A DNA stretch of 57,631 nt, from contig JANLHP010000017.1 in NCBI GenBank assembly GCA_024654445.1, positions 210,524 to 268,154 of the forward strand, read 5' to 3'. This DNA comes from Candidatus Curtissbacteria bacterium. Its GTDB lineage: Bacteria > Patescibacteriota > Microgenomatia > Curtissbacterales > GWA2-41-24. The notes under the pieces were generated by a model that was not told the origin of the DNA, did no database searches, and saw nothing but the letters and a program-made list of their open reading frames with translations. Position 1 is the stretch's first letter. Each line of letters begins with the position of its first letter. The position numbers and the translations under genes are program-made. Shown one piece after another: positions 44,393-53,367 of this stretch.

Positions 44393-45622
44393 TTATCTGT
44401 AATACATTTTGGCTTCAGAAGTGAAAGACAAGACTTTGGAACAAGGCGTAGACGGGAATGCTTCCATTTTTAACTTTCTTTTCTCGATCAATTGATAAAG
44501 TACACAAGCGTGTGTAGTTCCGCGTAATCTTACCCTGAGATTTTGGGCAAATGTTATACCTGTCCACATTTCTCCATCTGGAGTCTCAAAGTTGTATTCG
44601 TCTAGACCGTATTTGACTAGGCCGGATTCCATACTTACGTCTTTTGGGTCTATCTGTGGGCTGACGATTACCAGTTGTTTAAACAGGCCTCCATAATTAC
44701 CGAAGGACGCAATATAGGTTGCGGGGTCCAAATGGTCGGGTATAATTGCGAGATGCGTTTGGGAATAGTTTTCAAGACTTATGCTTTTTGTTCCTTCGTA
44801 CCCTTTGCTTCCTTCTAGGAACCAATTTCCAATTAGGCGTCCATCGATGTCGTAATCAATTTTGCCACTTCGAGGCTCGATAGTCCTAAGGTATTTCGAA
44901 AGCGCTTGATTTTTGAGCTTTTCAGTGTAGTAATCGAGCGGGTCAACAGTGTGGATTTTCCATCTTTCGGCCTCGTACTGTTTGGGGTCTAGAAATCCAC
45001 TTAGTACTTTTTCTGTATCCCAGACTGCAAAGTCGAGTGTCTGACCGCCAATTCTTCCGATCAATTGGCCTTCTTTAACCGGAATATTAACGTCTCTCTT
45101 GTAAGATTTGTCATCAGGGTCACCGGTTACTTTCTGAATATCAGGAGAAAGACTTGTTACAAGATCGTAATAGTAAAACAATCTGCAACTCATAGAAAAA
45201 ACCATGCGGTACTCGGTGTAATCTGGCTTTTTTCGTGGTTCAACCGCGACAAGCTTGGCGTCTGCCATCGCTCTTACTTCGTATGTATCACGGGGAGATC
45301 TAAAAATTGTGGGGGAGAAATATTGATGATCGATTGGTATAACGTGGTCTCCAATTACGGCACCGTAGGGGATGATCATTGAAAAATCATCGTAATTCAT
45401 AGGAAGAGTGCCTAGTTTGGGTTTTTCCATCCCTTCGCAGTGGCCATTGCTTAGGCTTTTGCCTCTTTTCTCCGCTTCACTACCGCTAGGGATTAGGTCT
45501 TTAACTTTATCTACTACAGAATCTGTTTGGGTTTTATCTGAGGAACTTTTAAAGTGAATGAAGGCGAAAATACTTCCGCCGATAATGATGACTAAAGAGA
45601 TGAGCAGTAAAACTCTTAGCAC
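44393..45622 (-). CDS. Membrane-anchored protein with degenerate M23-like fold
   Basis: N-terminal TM; VRAMADA, IPVKEGQLIGRIG. Confidence 0.7.
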   Translation of the reverse strand: MLRVLLLISLVIIIGGSIFAFIHFKSSSDKTQTDSVVDKVKDLIPSGSEAEKRGKSLSNGHCEGMEKPKLGTLPMNYDDFSMIIPYGAVIGDHVIPIDHQYFSPTIFRSPRDTYEVRAMADAKLVAVEPRKKPDYTEYRMVFSMSCRLFYYYDLVTSLSPDIQKVTGDPDDKSYKRDVNIPVKEGQLIGRIGGQTLDFAVWDTEKVLSGFLDPKQYEAERWKIHTVDPLDYYTEKLKNQALSKYLRTIEPRSGKIDYDIDGRLIGNWFLEGSKGYEGTKSISLENYSQTHLAIIPDHLDPATYIASFGNYGGLFKQLVIVSPQIDPKDVSMESGLVKYGLDEYNFETPDGEMWTGITFAQNLRVRLRGTTHACVLYQLIEKRKLKMEAFPSTPCSKVLSFTSEAKMYYR

Positions 45623-45686
45623 ATATACAGTATATAAGAAGACTTACCTTTTTCGATTTGTAGCGGTGAATCGATTGATCGCTTAC

Positions 45687-45801
45687 AGACTTCGACTCGC
45701 TTCGCTCGCTCAGTCGATAATTTCTCATGAGTAATCCCTGAGCGGAGTCGAAGGGCTTGACCAGGATCAGATTCTGGATTCGTTTCACTCCCCAGAATGA
45801 C
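45687..45801. repeat. REP-like palindromes (CTTCGAC..CTCAG / CTGAGCGGAGTCGAAG; CAGAATGAC)
   Basis: Inverted pair plus ATTCTGG..CCAGAATGAC hairpin related to 23833-23908. Confidence 0.75.
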
Positions 45802-45806
45802 AAAAC

Positions 45807-46313
45807 CTATGCCTCGACAAGTTTCTGTAGCTTATCCAGTGAAGTACCCCAACCTTCTTCCATTCCGCTCTTAAGCATCGCTTGGAATTGTTCTTCGTTT
45901 TCCGGTTTAGGATAACTAATGGTTAGTTTTGTCTTTCCTTCTCCCGCGTCTTCGAATGTAATAACCACATCCATTTCGTCAGGGAAATTAGCATCTTGAC
46001 CCTCCGAAGCGGGTTTCACTTTGTTTCCCTCTTCATCCGAAAAGTAATCGGATGTGACTATTTTTTCGTTCGGAACAAGCTCTTTAATTACGCCCGCGCT
46101 ATACATATCTCTGTCCCATTCCGAGCCTGCCGGTCCGTGCATTGCGTAGATGTTCTTTCCTCCGACTCTTAAATCGACCTTAATGCTTGGTGCCGTAAAA
46201 CCTTCCGGTCCCCACCACTGTTTGATCATTTCAGGATCTGTCCATGCCTTCCAAACTGCTTCTCGTGGAGCGTCAAAAACACGCTCGATTACAATACCTT
46301 TTTCATCTGCCAT
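45807..46313 (-). CDS. SRPBCC (AHA1-like) domain protein
   Basis: IERVFDAPRE.VWKAWTDPE..KQWWGP, DLRVGG, GW..SLDKL. Confidence 0.93.
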   Translation of the reverse strand: MADEKGIVIERVFDAPREAVWKAWTDPEMIKQWWGPEGFTAPSIKVDLRVGGKNIYAMHGPAGSEWDRDMYSAGVIKELVPNEKIVTSDYFSDEEGNKVKPASEGQDANFPDEMDVVITFEDAGEGKTKLTISYPKPENEEQFQAMLKSGMEEGWGTSLDKLQKLVEA

Positions 46314-46680
46314 TTTTCTTTACCCCGTTAGATACGTTCAAGTTATCTAATGGGGTTAAACCTCCTTTCTTTAGAGATTTTTCTTCCGCAAGAATTTTGT
46401 CTAACCGCCTAAAACGTTCTTCCCACATAGTCCCCATTCTCCTCGCCCACTCTTCCAGTTGCTTCAAAGAAGCCGGATTAATCTTGTAAATTCTCTGTTG
46501 AGCGCGTTTTTCCATTTCCACCAAATTGGCTTCGCGCAAAACTTTTAAATGTTGAGAAATTGCCGGGGGACTAGTATGGAATCTGTCGGAGATATCTGTT
46601 GCCGAAAGCTGACCATTTGCCGCCAGCATTTCTATAATATTGCGCCGTGTAGGCTCTGCAAGTGCTGTAAAAACATCCAT
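46303..46680 (-). CDS. ArsR/SmtB-family regulator
   Basis: FTALAEPTRR.I, ISQHLKVLREANLV. Confidence 0.93.
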   Translation of the reverse strand: MDVFTALAEPTRRNIIEMLAANGQLSATDISDRFHTSPPAISQHLKVLREANLVEMEKRAQQRIYKINPASLKQLEEWARRMGTMWEERFRRLDKILAEEKSLKKGGLTPLDNLNVSNGVKKNGR

Positions 46681-46701
46681 GCAGAGATAATAAATGAAAG
46701 T

Positions 46702-46727
46702 CTTAATTAAGTCAAGACTTAATTAAG
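46702..46727. promoter_or_regulatory. Perfect 12-2-12 inverted repeat, probable ArsR operator
   Basis: CTTAATTAAGTC-AA-GACTTAATTAAG overlapping minus-strand TTGACT-17-TATTAT. Confidence 0.75.
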
Positions 46728-46754
46728 TAAGAATTTGGTAAGAGTTAGATGAAA

Positions 46755-46862
46755 TTATTCTTTTTGGTCCCCTGAAGAGATATTGACCATCCAGTGGACG
46801 CCGAATTTGTCGGTTAATTGGTCGTAAGCATCGCCCCAAAATTGTTTTTCCAGCGGAAAGCC
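46755..46862 (-). pseudogene. C-terminal remnant of a VOC/PhnB-family gene
   Basis: Own translation [34 protein letters not shown]; in-frame stop just upstream and no start. Confidence 0.8.
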
Positions 46863-46917
46863 AGTATATCATAGGCAATCTAGATGTAAAGACGCCCACA
46901 GATGGGACGGTTGCGTT

Positions 46918-47157
46918 TTACGGAAGCACACGATAAACGGCAGTGTATCCATCCACACAAAGAATGAACTCCGACGAGCCTGATGTTGTAAATGCGCCAC
47001 TCTCGACAAGCCTTGTAGCAACATTGTCAGGCATACAGCCATATAGGTTTCCAGACGTAGAAGAATGATTTATCTCCGCCGACGCACTGCCCGGGACAAG
47101 CACAGCGACGAATGCCAGGACTAATAAACCAACCGTACCTCTAGTTAATAACTTCAT
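46918..47157 (-). CDS. Small secreted hypothetical protein
   Basis: MKLLTRG..signal peptide ASA-E, two Cys; ATG 47157 preferred. Confidence 0.55.
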   Translation of the reverse strand: MKLLTRGTVGLLVLAFVAVLVPGSASAEINHSSTSGNLYGCMPDNVATRLVESGAFTTSGSSEFILCVDGYTAVYRVLP

Positions 47158-47283
47158 AATATAAATCACCCCCAATTCAATATAATTTTGAAGGTCAGAA
47201 AGGCAAATACTCTCATACGACACCTGCATTATAACCAATCGTAAATAGATCCCCACGACCTAAAGGCCGTGGTTCTCTCTTCC

Positions 47284-48039
47284 TCACTTCAAAATTCGCT
47301 TCATCTCTGGCATGAATGCCAGAGTTTCTTCGCTCAGAATAAACGTTAAGCCAATAACCAAAATTGCCACTAAAACGATTTTTTTAAACTTTCTTTGAGA
47401 GATTCGTTTTACAATTTGTTTTCCAACAAAAGAGCCTGCAAGGGCGATAATAAACAAAAAAGGAATATACCAATAATATTTGCTGCTCAAAAACCCTCCT
47501 GCGAGGTAAACGGGAATCCGTGTTATGTCGACTGCAAGAGCTATTGCGGCAGCAGTTGCGATATATTTTTCTTTGGGTAATCCAAAAGCTGTTAAAAAAG
47601 CCCCTCTCAAAGCCCCGCCGGTTCCGATTAATCCCGCCAGAAAACCCGAAAGCCCTCCTCCCAAAATTGAATTTGGCAGCGAGGACTTTACTTTTAAATC
47701 TTCTTTCCAAAAAGAAACACCTGCATAGACAATCAGAAATACTCCCAATATGCCTTTCAGTATATGTTGGGGGATAAAGGATACTAATAATGCTCCTAGA
47801 AGGGTTAGTACGATGCTGGGAATGCCGAAAATAAGTAAAATTCGTTTATCTAAGCCGTGTTTAAAAAAACTAATCCTGCCAATATTTCCAAAGACGTGCA
47901 TAAGGGCAACAAGTACCAATGCAGTTTTAAAATCGAAAAAAAGTAAGGCGAGAGGAAGAAATATTGTGGAAGAACCAAATCCCGCAATAGTTCCAACAAT
48001 TTCAGAAAAAAAAGCTGCCAGGAAAAATAAACTACTCAC
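47284..48039 (-). CDS. TauE/SafE-family (TSUP) transporter
   Basis: GTIAGFGSS, GG.SGFLAGLIGTGGALRGAFL. Confidence 0.9.
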   Translation of the reverse strand: MSSLFFLAAFFSEIVGTIAGFGSSTIFLPLALLFFDFKTALVLVALMHVFGNIGRISFFKHGLDKRILLIFGIPSIVLTLLGALLVSFIPQHILKGILGVFLIVYAGVSFWKEDLKVKSSLPNSILGGGLSGFLAGLIGTGGALRGAFLTAFGLPKEKYIATAAAIALAVDITRIPVYLAGGFLSSKYYWYIPFLFIIALAGSFVGKQIVKRISQRKFKKIVLVAILVIGLTFILSEETLAFMPEMKRILK

Positions 48040-48219
48040 GGCCCGTGATATTTTGATTCTCGCTTCGCGAAACTAAAAGCTTCATCCGTCAGCTTGAAAG
48101 CCGAGGTTTCGCTTACTCGAAATAAAATTTCCATTTATTTTAGACTAGCACAAGTTCAAAACAGAAAGTTAATCGTTAAACTCGGGCACAAAAAATTGAA
48201 GCTAAAAATAGCCGGCCAT

Positions 48220-48263
48220 CTCGTGGAAAACATGATACAGTTTAAATAATGGGAAAAGTCTTG
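48220..48263 (+). repeat. 44-bp direct repeat, copy 1 (promoter plus first codons)
   Basis: CTCGTGGAAAACATGATACAGTTTAAATAATGGGAAAAGTCTTG, identical to 52323-52366. Confidence 0.9.
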
Positions 48264-49012
48264 CTCCTTGTCCTAGTTGGAATTGTAATATTTTTGATTG
48301 TTGCAACAATTCGCTCTCCCGAAAAAATATTGCCGACTTCAGAAATCAAACGACTCACTCGGTCATTTGATGCCTGTCCGGAACCATTTGTTTTTCAGTT
48401 GCCGGTAAATATCAACAAGGCCACCTCCATACTTTATCCCGGACAGGTCAGAGGCGAAGATTATAAAGCCCATGGCGGCTTTCGGTTCGATACTTTCCTC
48501 CCCAGCGAGATCACAGTTACTGCGCCTTATGATGCTCAGGTTATTGCCGGGGCCCGCTACCTGGCGGACACTGGCGAAATTCAATACACCTTTGACTTTG
48601 CCCACCCCTGTGGAATTCAATACCGTTTTGGACACCTGCTTACCCCCACACCCAAGTTTCAGGCAATTGCGGAGAAATTCCCTCTCCCCGAAGGGCTGGA
48701 TTCCCGAACAACAAGTGTCGATCCTCCGATAGAGGTGAGGCGGGGGGAAGTAATAGCAACCGCGGTGGGACTTACCGGGGGTGGGCCTAGTGATTTAGGG
48801 GGTATTAACACCTTTGTAGATTGGGGCGTGTATGATTACCGACAAAAAACGAATCTTCAAAAGACCCCGCTTGGGCTGCAACACATGATTCTGATACTTA
48901 CCAACATGCTGTCTGCTGGTTTGATTGGATTTCTAAGGAAGACAGGGGAAAAGTATTATCCTTGCCTTCATCCGATTCCCAAAGCGGCACAAAAAGCGAT
49001 TATTGCAAATAA
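48249..49012 (+). CDS. Membrane-anchored degenerate M23-like protein, probably frameshifted at the A6 run 48844-48849
   Basis: VTAPYDA, FGHL, IEVRRGEVIA; adding one A gives ...NESSKDPAW...AVCWFDWIS...SDYCK* ending 49012 and removes the overlap with the convergent gene. Confidence 0.65.
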
Positions 49013-49033
49013 TGCTCAGCCTCGTGGGCAAAG

Positions 49034-50674
49034 TTAGAACCTATTTCCGGAATTGATAGAGTCGGTAATGTCTTTAAAGTCGTAAACACGATCATCATTT
49101 AATGAAAAATATGTTTTATTCTCCAGAATCGGCAAGTTTGTGCCAAAGTAATAGTTCAAAATAGTTCTAAAAGTATTAAGCGGGCTTAAATTTGGACTCA
49201 ATCCCATTTTTGCGTAATCGACAGGTTTTGAAGGATCCTCTTTATTGGGCAAATAAAGAGCATTTAAAATGGCGCTGTGGATGAAATATGATTCGGAATT
49301 TTCCGGCACCGATTCACCATTGTCATTGAAGTAGCTGAGCGGTAGATACGGTCCTTCATCAGATTGAAAAATTACTACAGCCGGTCTATTTTGGCGTGAT
49401 TGGATCTCAGAAATCAAGGATTTCATAATGTTATTGGCGCATTGAACTTCATTCAGGTACCCGTCCTCGGGAATTTGTTGGGAAGACGTACTGAGGCTAT
49501 AAGGATCACAGTCCGGAGAAAATACATACGGAGGGTGAGGAAGGAGGAAGTGTCCAAAAACAAACAGGGGTTGGGGTTGATCTTTTTGCCTGTTGATTCG
49601 ATGTAATCTGTAATCCAGATTTAAACTTATTTTATTAAATCTTTCTGTGCCCGTAAAAAGCTGTTTATTCTCAATAACCCCTCTTACTGAATTAAGTAAT
49701 GTTCTTTCATAAACATACAAGTGGAACTCGTCAAAATCCGCAAGTAAATTATAGTTTTCGTCGGCGATCCCCTTTTCCTGGAGAGGGTCCCACGAACTCC
49801 CATAGAGCACATATTTATACCCTTGGGATTTTAAAAACCTTGCCATTTGGTTGTCTTGTAAAAGTTGTCTGTAGACGTTGACTTGATCTCCTTGTTTGTC
49901 ACCCAAGATAGGGGTCAAAAAATCAAGATAGGTTATATTCAAAGACGAACTCAAAGAAAGAAAAGTTTTGGGATAATTGGCGTAGCTTTCATGTCCAACC
50001 CAGAAACCATTAGATTGTAAAAACTCGATGTGGGACCTATTTTGAAAATCAAAATGTTTCTCTAAGACATCCTGTCTTCCGTAGCGATCAAAAATAAAGT
50101 AATATATATCGGGCTTGAGATCCGCTTCATTGGGAACAGTTATTTGGCCTAAATTTCCGGAAACATATTGATTAAGTTTTCTGCCATCTAACCATCTGTT
50201 TATTTCAAAAGGGACGATTTTAACCAAATTCAACGTAGCTATAGTTGTCGCGACCAGGAAAAGGAGCGTAATGGTTTTTTCTAGTGATTTACTCTTCAGG
50301 AGAAATCTGAAAATGGCAACCAAGACAATCGCGTATAGTCCAAATAGCAGTTTATTTAAGCTTATGGGGATAGCCGCAATTACTTTATTTTCCCCCAGAA
50401 TTAACAAAATGTATCCAAAAGAGAAGAAAAGGATAACCCATATAGAAGTAAAAACGCTTGCTTTTTCTTTGTTTTTAAATATTGTGTAGGCAACGCATCC
50501 AGATAAAACTGTAAAGGCAAACGAATATAAAAGCGGAAGCACTATTCGTTCCGGGCCAATGAAATTTATATTATGGACATAAACGGCCAGAATAGGAATA
50601 ATCGAAAAAAGAAAAGGAGGCAGCCAGATTACTTTGCTATTAATGTATTTTGAAAAGAGGGCAAATTTCTTCAT
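49034..50674 (-). CDS. Membrane protein with sulfatase/LTA-synthase-like (alkaline phosphatase superfamily) domain
   Basis: Five N-terminal TMs; PDIYYFIFDRYGR, NYPKTFLSL.S.LN, HFLLPHPPYVF, IFQSDEGP. Confidence 0.85.
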   Translation of the reverse strand: MKKFALFSKYINSKVIWLPPFLFSIIPILAVYVHNINFIGPERIVLPLLYSFAFTVLSGCVAYTIFKNKEKASVFTSIWVILFFSFGYILLILGENKVIAAIPISLNKLLFGLYAIVLVAIFRFLLKSKSLEKTITLLFLVATTIATLNLVKIVPFEINRWLDGRKLNQYVSGNLGQITVPNEADLKPDIYYFIFDRYGRQDVLEKHFDFQNRSHIEFLQSNGFWVGHESYANYPKTFLSLSSSLNITYLDFLTPILGDKQGDQVNVYRQLLQDNQMARFLKSQGYKYVLYGSSWDPLQEKGIADENYNLLADFDEFHLYVYERTLLNSVRGVIENKQLFTGTERFNKISLNLDYRLHRINRQKDQPQPLFVFGHFLLPHPPYVFSPDCDPYSLSTSSQQIPEDGYLNEVQCANNIMKSLISEIQSRQNRPAVVIFQSDEGPYLPLSYFNDNGESVPENSESYFIHSAILNALYLPNKEDPSKPVDYAKMGLSPNLSPLNTFRTILNYYFGTNLPILENKTYFSLNDDRVYDFKDITDSINSGNRF

Positions 50675-52065
50675 CTTTTTCCTTCCATAAGATACAAAAT
50701 ACGAAGAGACTTTCCCCCAATTGTATTTCTCTTAACGATTCGAAAATATTTGGCAAATTCGCTCTCAAATGTTTTTTGATTATACCAAGGGAAAATATCT
50801 TTTCTGTTTTGAAGCAGGAGTTGAACTTTGTCGTCTTCTTTTGGAACAAATTCTATTATCAAACTCTTACAAATTTTTGCGAAATATGAAGCTATCGACC
50901 CAAAAGGGATGTTTTTACTAATACTTAGGTGATGAATTAGGGCCAAAGCCATTGTTAAATCGCTGGGACCTCTTGCAAGAAGCGACTTTCTTTCTTCATG
51001 CGCCCAGCCTAAAGCGGGTGTAGGATTAACCAGATCCAAAAGTAGAGGTAAAACATTCTTTTCCCCGTTTTTCTTTACTTGCATATAATTCTTATTAACC
51101 GCATCCAAGTCGTAATCAAAAGAAACAGTAAGAATTCCCAGATCTGATGCTATTCGACTAAACTCACCCGTATTTGCTCCGAGATCCCAAACATCTTTAG
51201 GCTTTTTTAAAAGCAAATATGATTTAACAATTTTCTTTTTATTAGTAAAAGCCGAATTGGAATAGTTCATAAAATTAGAGTATTCTCCCCATTCACTTAG
51301 ACTGCCAGAATACCTTGTGTTTCCAATAAGACTCTCCAGATTATCAATAATCCCCAAAAGCATGGTTTTTGTCAAAAACTTGCCTCTTTGCTTTTTTATA
51401 GAAGAGTTCGCGCCATATTTTTTCTGATTTCGTGCGTGTAAGTGTATATGGGCAAGAATAGACAAATTTAAATAAGTGGACTTCGGTAAAAGCCGGCTCG
51501 TAAGATCTATAGGAATTCCGTCCAAGTATCTTTCCAAAAGTAGTTCCAACCTGGAGTCTACCTTACTCATGAGTAGTAAGGGACCAAGAAAGTGTTCACA
51601 AAACTGACGATAAGCAATCCACGGGGATCCCTCGTGATACCTCTCAAAAGAGAGCAGGTCTATCATGATTGGTTTTCCTTTTAAAAATTGGGTGTTATAG
51701 GCACTCGCATCTTTAAGAGATATATTGTAACTCAGGCAAAGCTTTTGAATCCTAAGCGTGCAAAGAGCAGCATCCTTTAGTTGTTCAAAGCACCATTCAA
51801 AAGGATACGAAATAAACGGGATTTTTTCGGATTTCAAAGTCGCGAAAATCTCACTGTTCTTGCCCTTAAAGTTAGGCACCTCCTTGAAGGGAATTAGAAG
51901 GCCTTCATTAATTAATTTTTTAAACAGGTTAGATTTCTTAAAGAAATTGTAATCGTCTTTAAAGCTAATATTTACTTGGCGGAAAACGGTGTTTCTGTGA
52001 TAAAAAACAAAGCCACTTGGGTCACGAAATGAACTAGCTTCTTTTGTTAATATTCTTTCTTCCAT
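50671..52065 (-). CDS. NoeA-like protein: kinase-like N-domain + class I SAM methyltransferase
   Basis: SFRDPSGFVF, ISYPFEW, LKDASAYNTQF, IDLLSF; C-terminal DLGANTGEFS, LALIHHL. Confidence 0.85.
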   Translation of the reverse strand: MEERILTKEASSFRDPSGFVFYHRNTVFRQVNISFKDDYNFFKKSNLFKKLINEGLLIPFKEVPNFKGKNSEIFATLKSEKIPFISYPFEWCFEQLKDAALCTLRIQKLCLSYNISLKDASAYNTQFLKGKPIMIDLLSFERYHEGSPWIAYRQFCEHFLGPLLLMSKVDSRLELLLERYLDGIPIDLTSRLLPKSTYLNLSILAHIHLHARNQKKYGANSSIKKQRGKFLTKTMLLGIIDNLESLIGNTRYSGSLSEWGEYSNFMNYSNSAFTNKKKIVKSYLLLKKPKDVWDLGANTGEFSRIASDLGILTVSFDYDLDAVNKNYMQVKKNGEKNVLPLLLDLVNPTPALGWAHEERKSLLARGPSDLTMALALIHHLSISKNIPFGSIASYFAKICKSLIIEFVPKEDDKVQLLLQNRKDIFPWYNQKTFESEFAKYFRIVKRNTIGGKSLRILYLMEGKR

Positions 52066-52267
52066 TTAATGTATTCCGTTTTTGGAGTAGTTTCTTAACA
52101 AGCGATAATATTCTTTGCCAATTTACTTTTAGCAAGTAGAGGGCTCCGGCAAGAAAACCGATCATTAGTTGAGTAATGTAGCTGCCGGTTCCAGGGTCCA
52201 GGTAAGCGTGGACGGAATTTGGGAAAAGGAAAAAAAAGAGTAGTAAGCAAAAAAAAGCAATAAGCAC
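52034..52267 (-). CDS. Small membrane protein with AYLDPGTGS motif
   Basis: Signal-like N-terminus, HAYLDPGTGSY..Q, hydrophobic helix; first gene of the operon. Confidence 0.8.
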   Translation of the reverse strand: MLIAFFCLLLFFFLFPNSVHAYLDPGTGSYITQLMIGFLAGALYLLKVNWQRILSLVKKLLQKRNTLNGRKNINKRS

Positions 52268-52322
52268 CTCAGCAGTTTAGCAGATTACTTTTTCTCTCTG
52301 CAAGAAATTCGGATGGCTCCGC

Positions 52323-52366
52323 CTCGTGGAAAACATGATACAGTTTAAATAATGGGAAAAGTCTTG
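52323..52366 (+). repeat. 44-bp direct repeat, copy 2
   Basis: Identical to 48220-48263. Confidence 0.9.
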
Positions 52367-52404
52367 TCGTGGTTGGATCTCAAACATATGTTAAATTAAA
52401 CACG

Positions 52405-52977
52405 ATGTTTTTAATAAAGGATGATTTTTGGGAAACGAAAAAGACGAAAGAAAAAGGACTTGGCGTTTTTGCTAAAAAAGAAATCAAAGCAGGCACTATT
52501 ATCGGTGACTATCTGGGAAAAGTAATTAAAACCGCAGAATACGACCTTGATCGTGATCAGAAGCACTTTTATTTAATGTACTTTTCGGACCAGGCTTCAA
52601 TTTATCCAAATTTAAAAAAACCAGGCATTCATCTTTTGAACCATTCTTGCGAACCGAACTGTTGGATTTATATGTACCGCGGTCACACGTTGGTTTTTGC
52701 GCTAAGAAAAATTAAGCCTAGTGACGAATTAACAATTTCCTACATGCTGAGTCCGAAAGAGGAGTGTATTGCTTGTACACACGTGTGTAAGTGCAAAAGC
52801 AAGTTTTGTGTCGGTACGATGCACTCAACGAAAGTTAAATACGAAAAGTGGCAAAAATTCCAAGATAGCCAAAATAAGAAGACCAAAAAACCGAAAGTGG
52901 TCTTTGGTAAAAATTTGCCTAAACTTAGTTCTTATCCAGACGCAATTCCAAACAATCCCATTTTAATAGGGATTTGA
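52405..52977 (+). CDS. SET-domain protein with post-SET Cys cluster
   Basis: KGLGVFA, LNHSCEPN, ELTISY, CKCKSKFC; ATG 52405 preferred. Confidence 0.92.
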   Translation: MFLIKDDFWETKKTKEKGLGVFAKKEIKAGTIIGDYLGKVIKTAEYDLDRDQKHFYLMYFSDQASIYPNLKKPGIHLLNHSCEPNCWIYMYRGHTLVFALRKIKPSDELTISYMLSPKEECIACTHVCKCKSKFCVGTMHSTKVKYEKWQKFQDSQNKKTKKPKVVFGKNLPKLSSYPDAIPNNPILIGI

Positions 52978-53006
52978 AATGATGCACAAACTATAGCCGC
53001 TCTATG

Positions 53007-53207
53007 TTACGCGGCAAGTTTTACGTTTTTTGCGCTTGGGCCTTTTTCACCATCAACAACATCAAATTCGACAGTTGCTCCTTCTTGAAGTTCGTCAAAT
53101 GTGACACCGCTCAAATCTGTAGAGTGAAAGAAAAGATCTTTTGATTCTCCTTCACGAGAAATAAATCCATAGCCTTTATCTGTTTTTGTTTTAATTGTTC
53201 CAGTCAT
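53007..53207 (-). CDS. Cold-shock domain protein
   Basis: KGYGFI, DLFFHS, GEKGPSAKNV. Confidence 0.95.
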   Translation of the reverse strand: MTGTIKTKTDKGYGFISREGESKDLFFHSTDLSGVTFDELQEGATVEFDVVDGEKGPSAKNVKLAA

Positions 53208-53367
53208 AATTTTTAGGTAGTTTATCTATTAATCTACTTTGTCCTCCTTTCCTACATGGCATTATACAGTTTTAGGCAAAAGATTGATCAAGGAGTGAAC
53301 ATCTTGAGTATTTGGACACTAAAGCTCGAGGAAAAAGATGGGGGCGAGGGGTTTTTAATTGTTGAAT

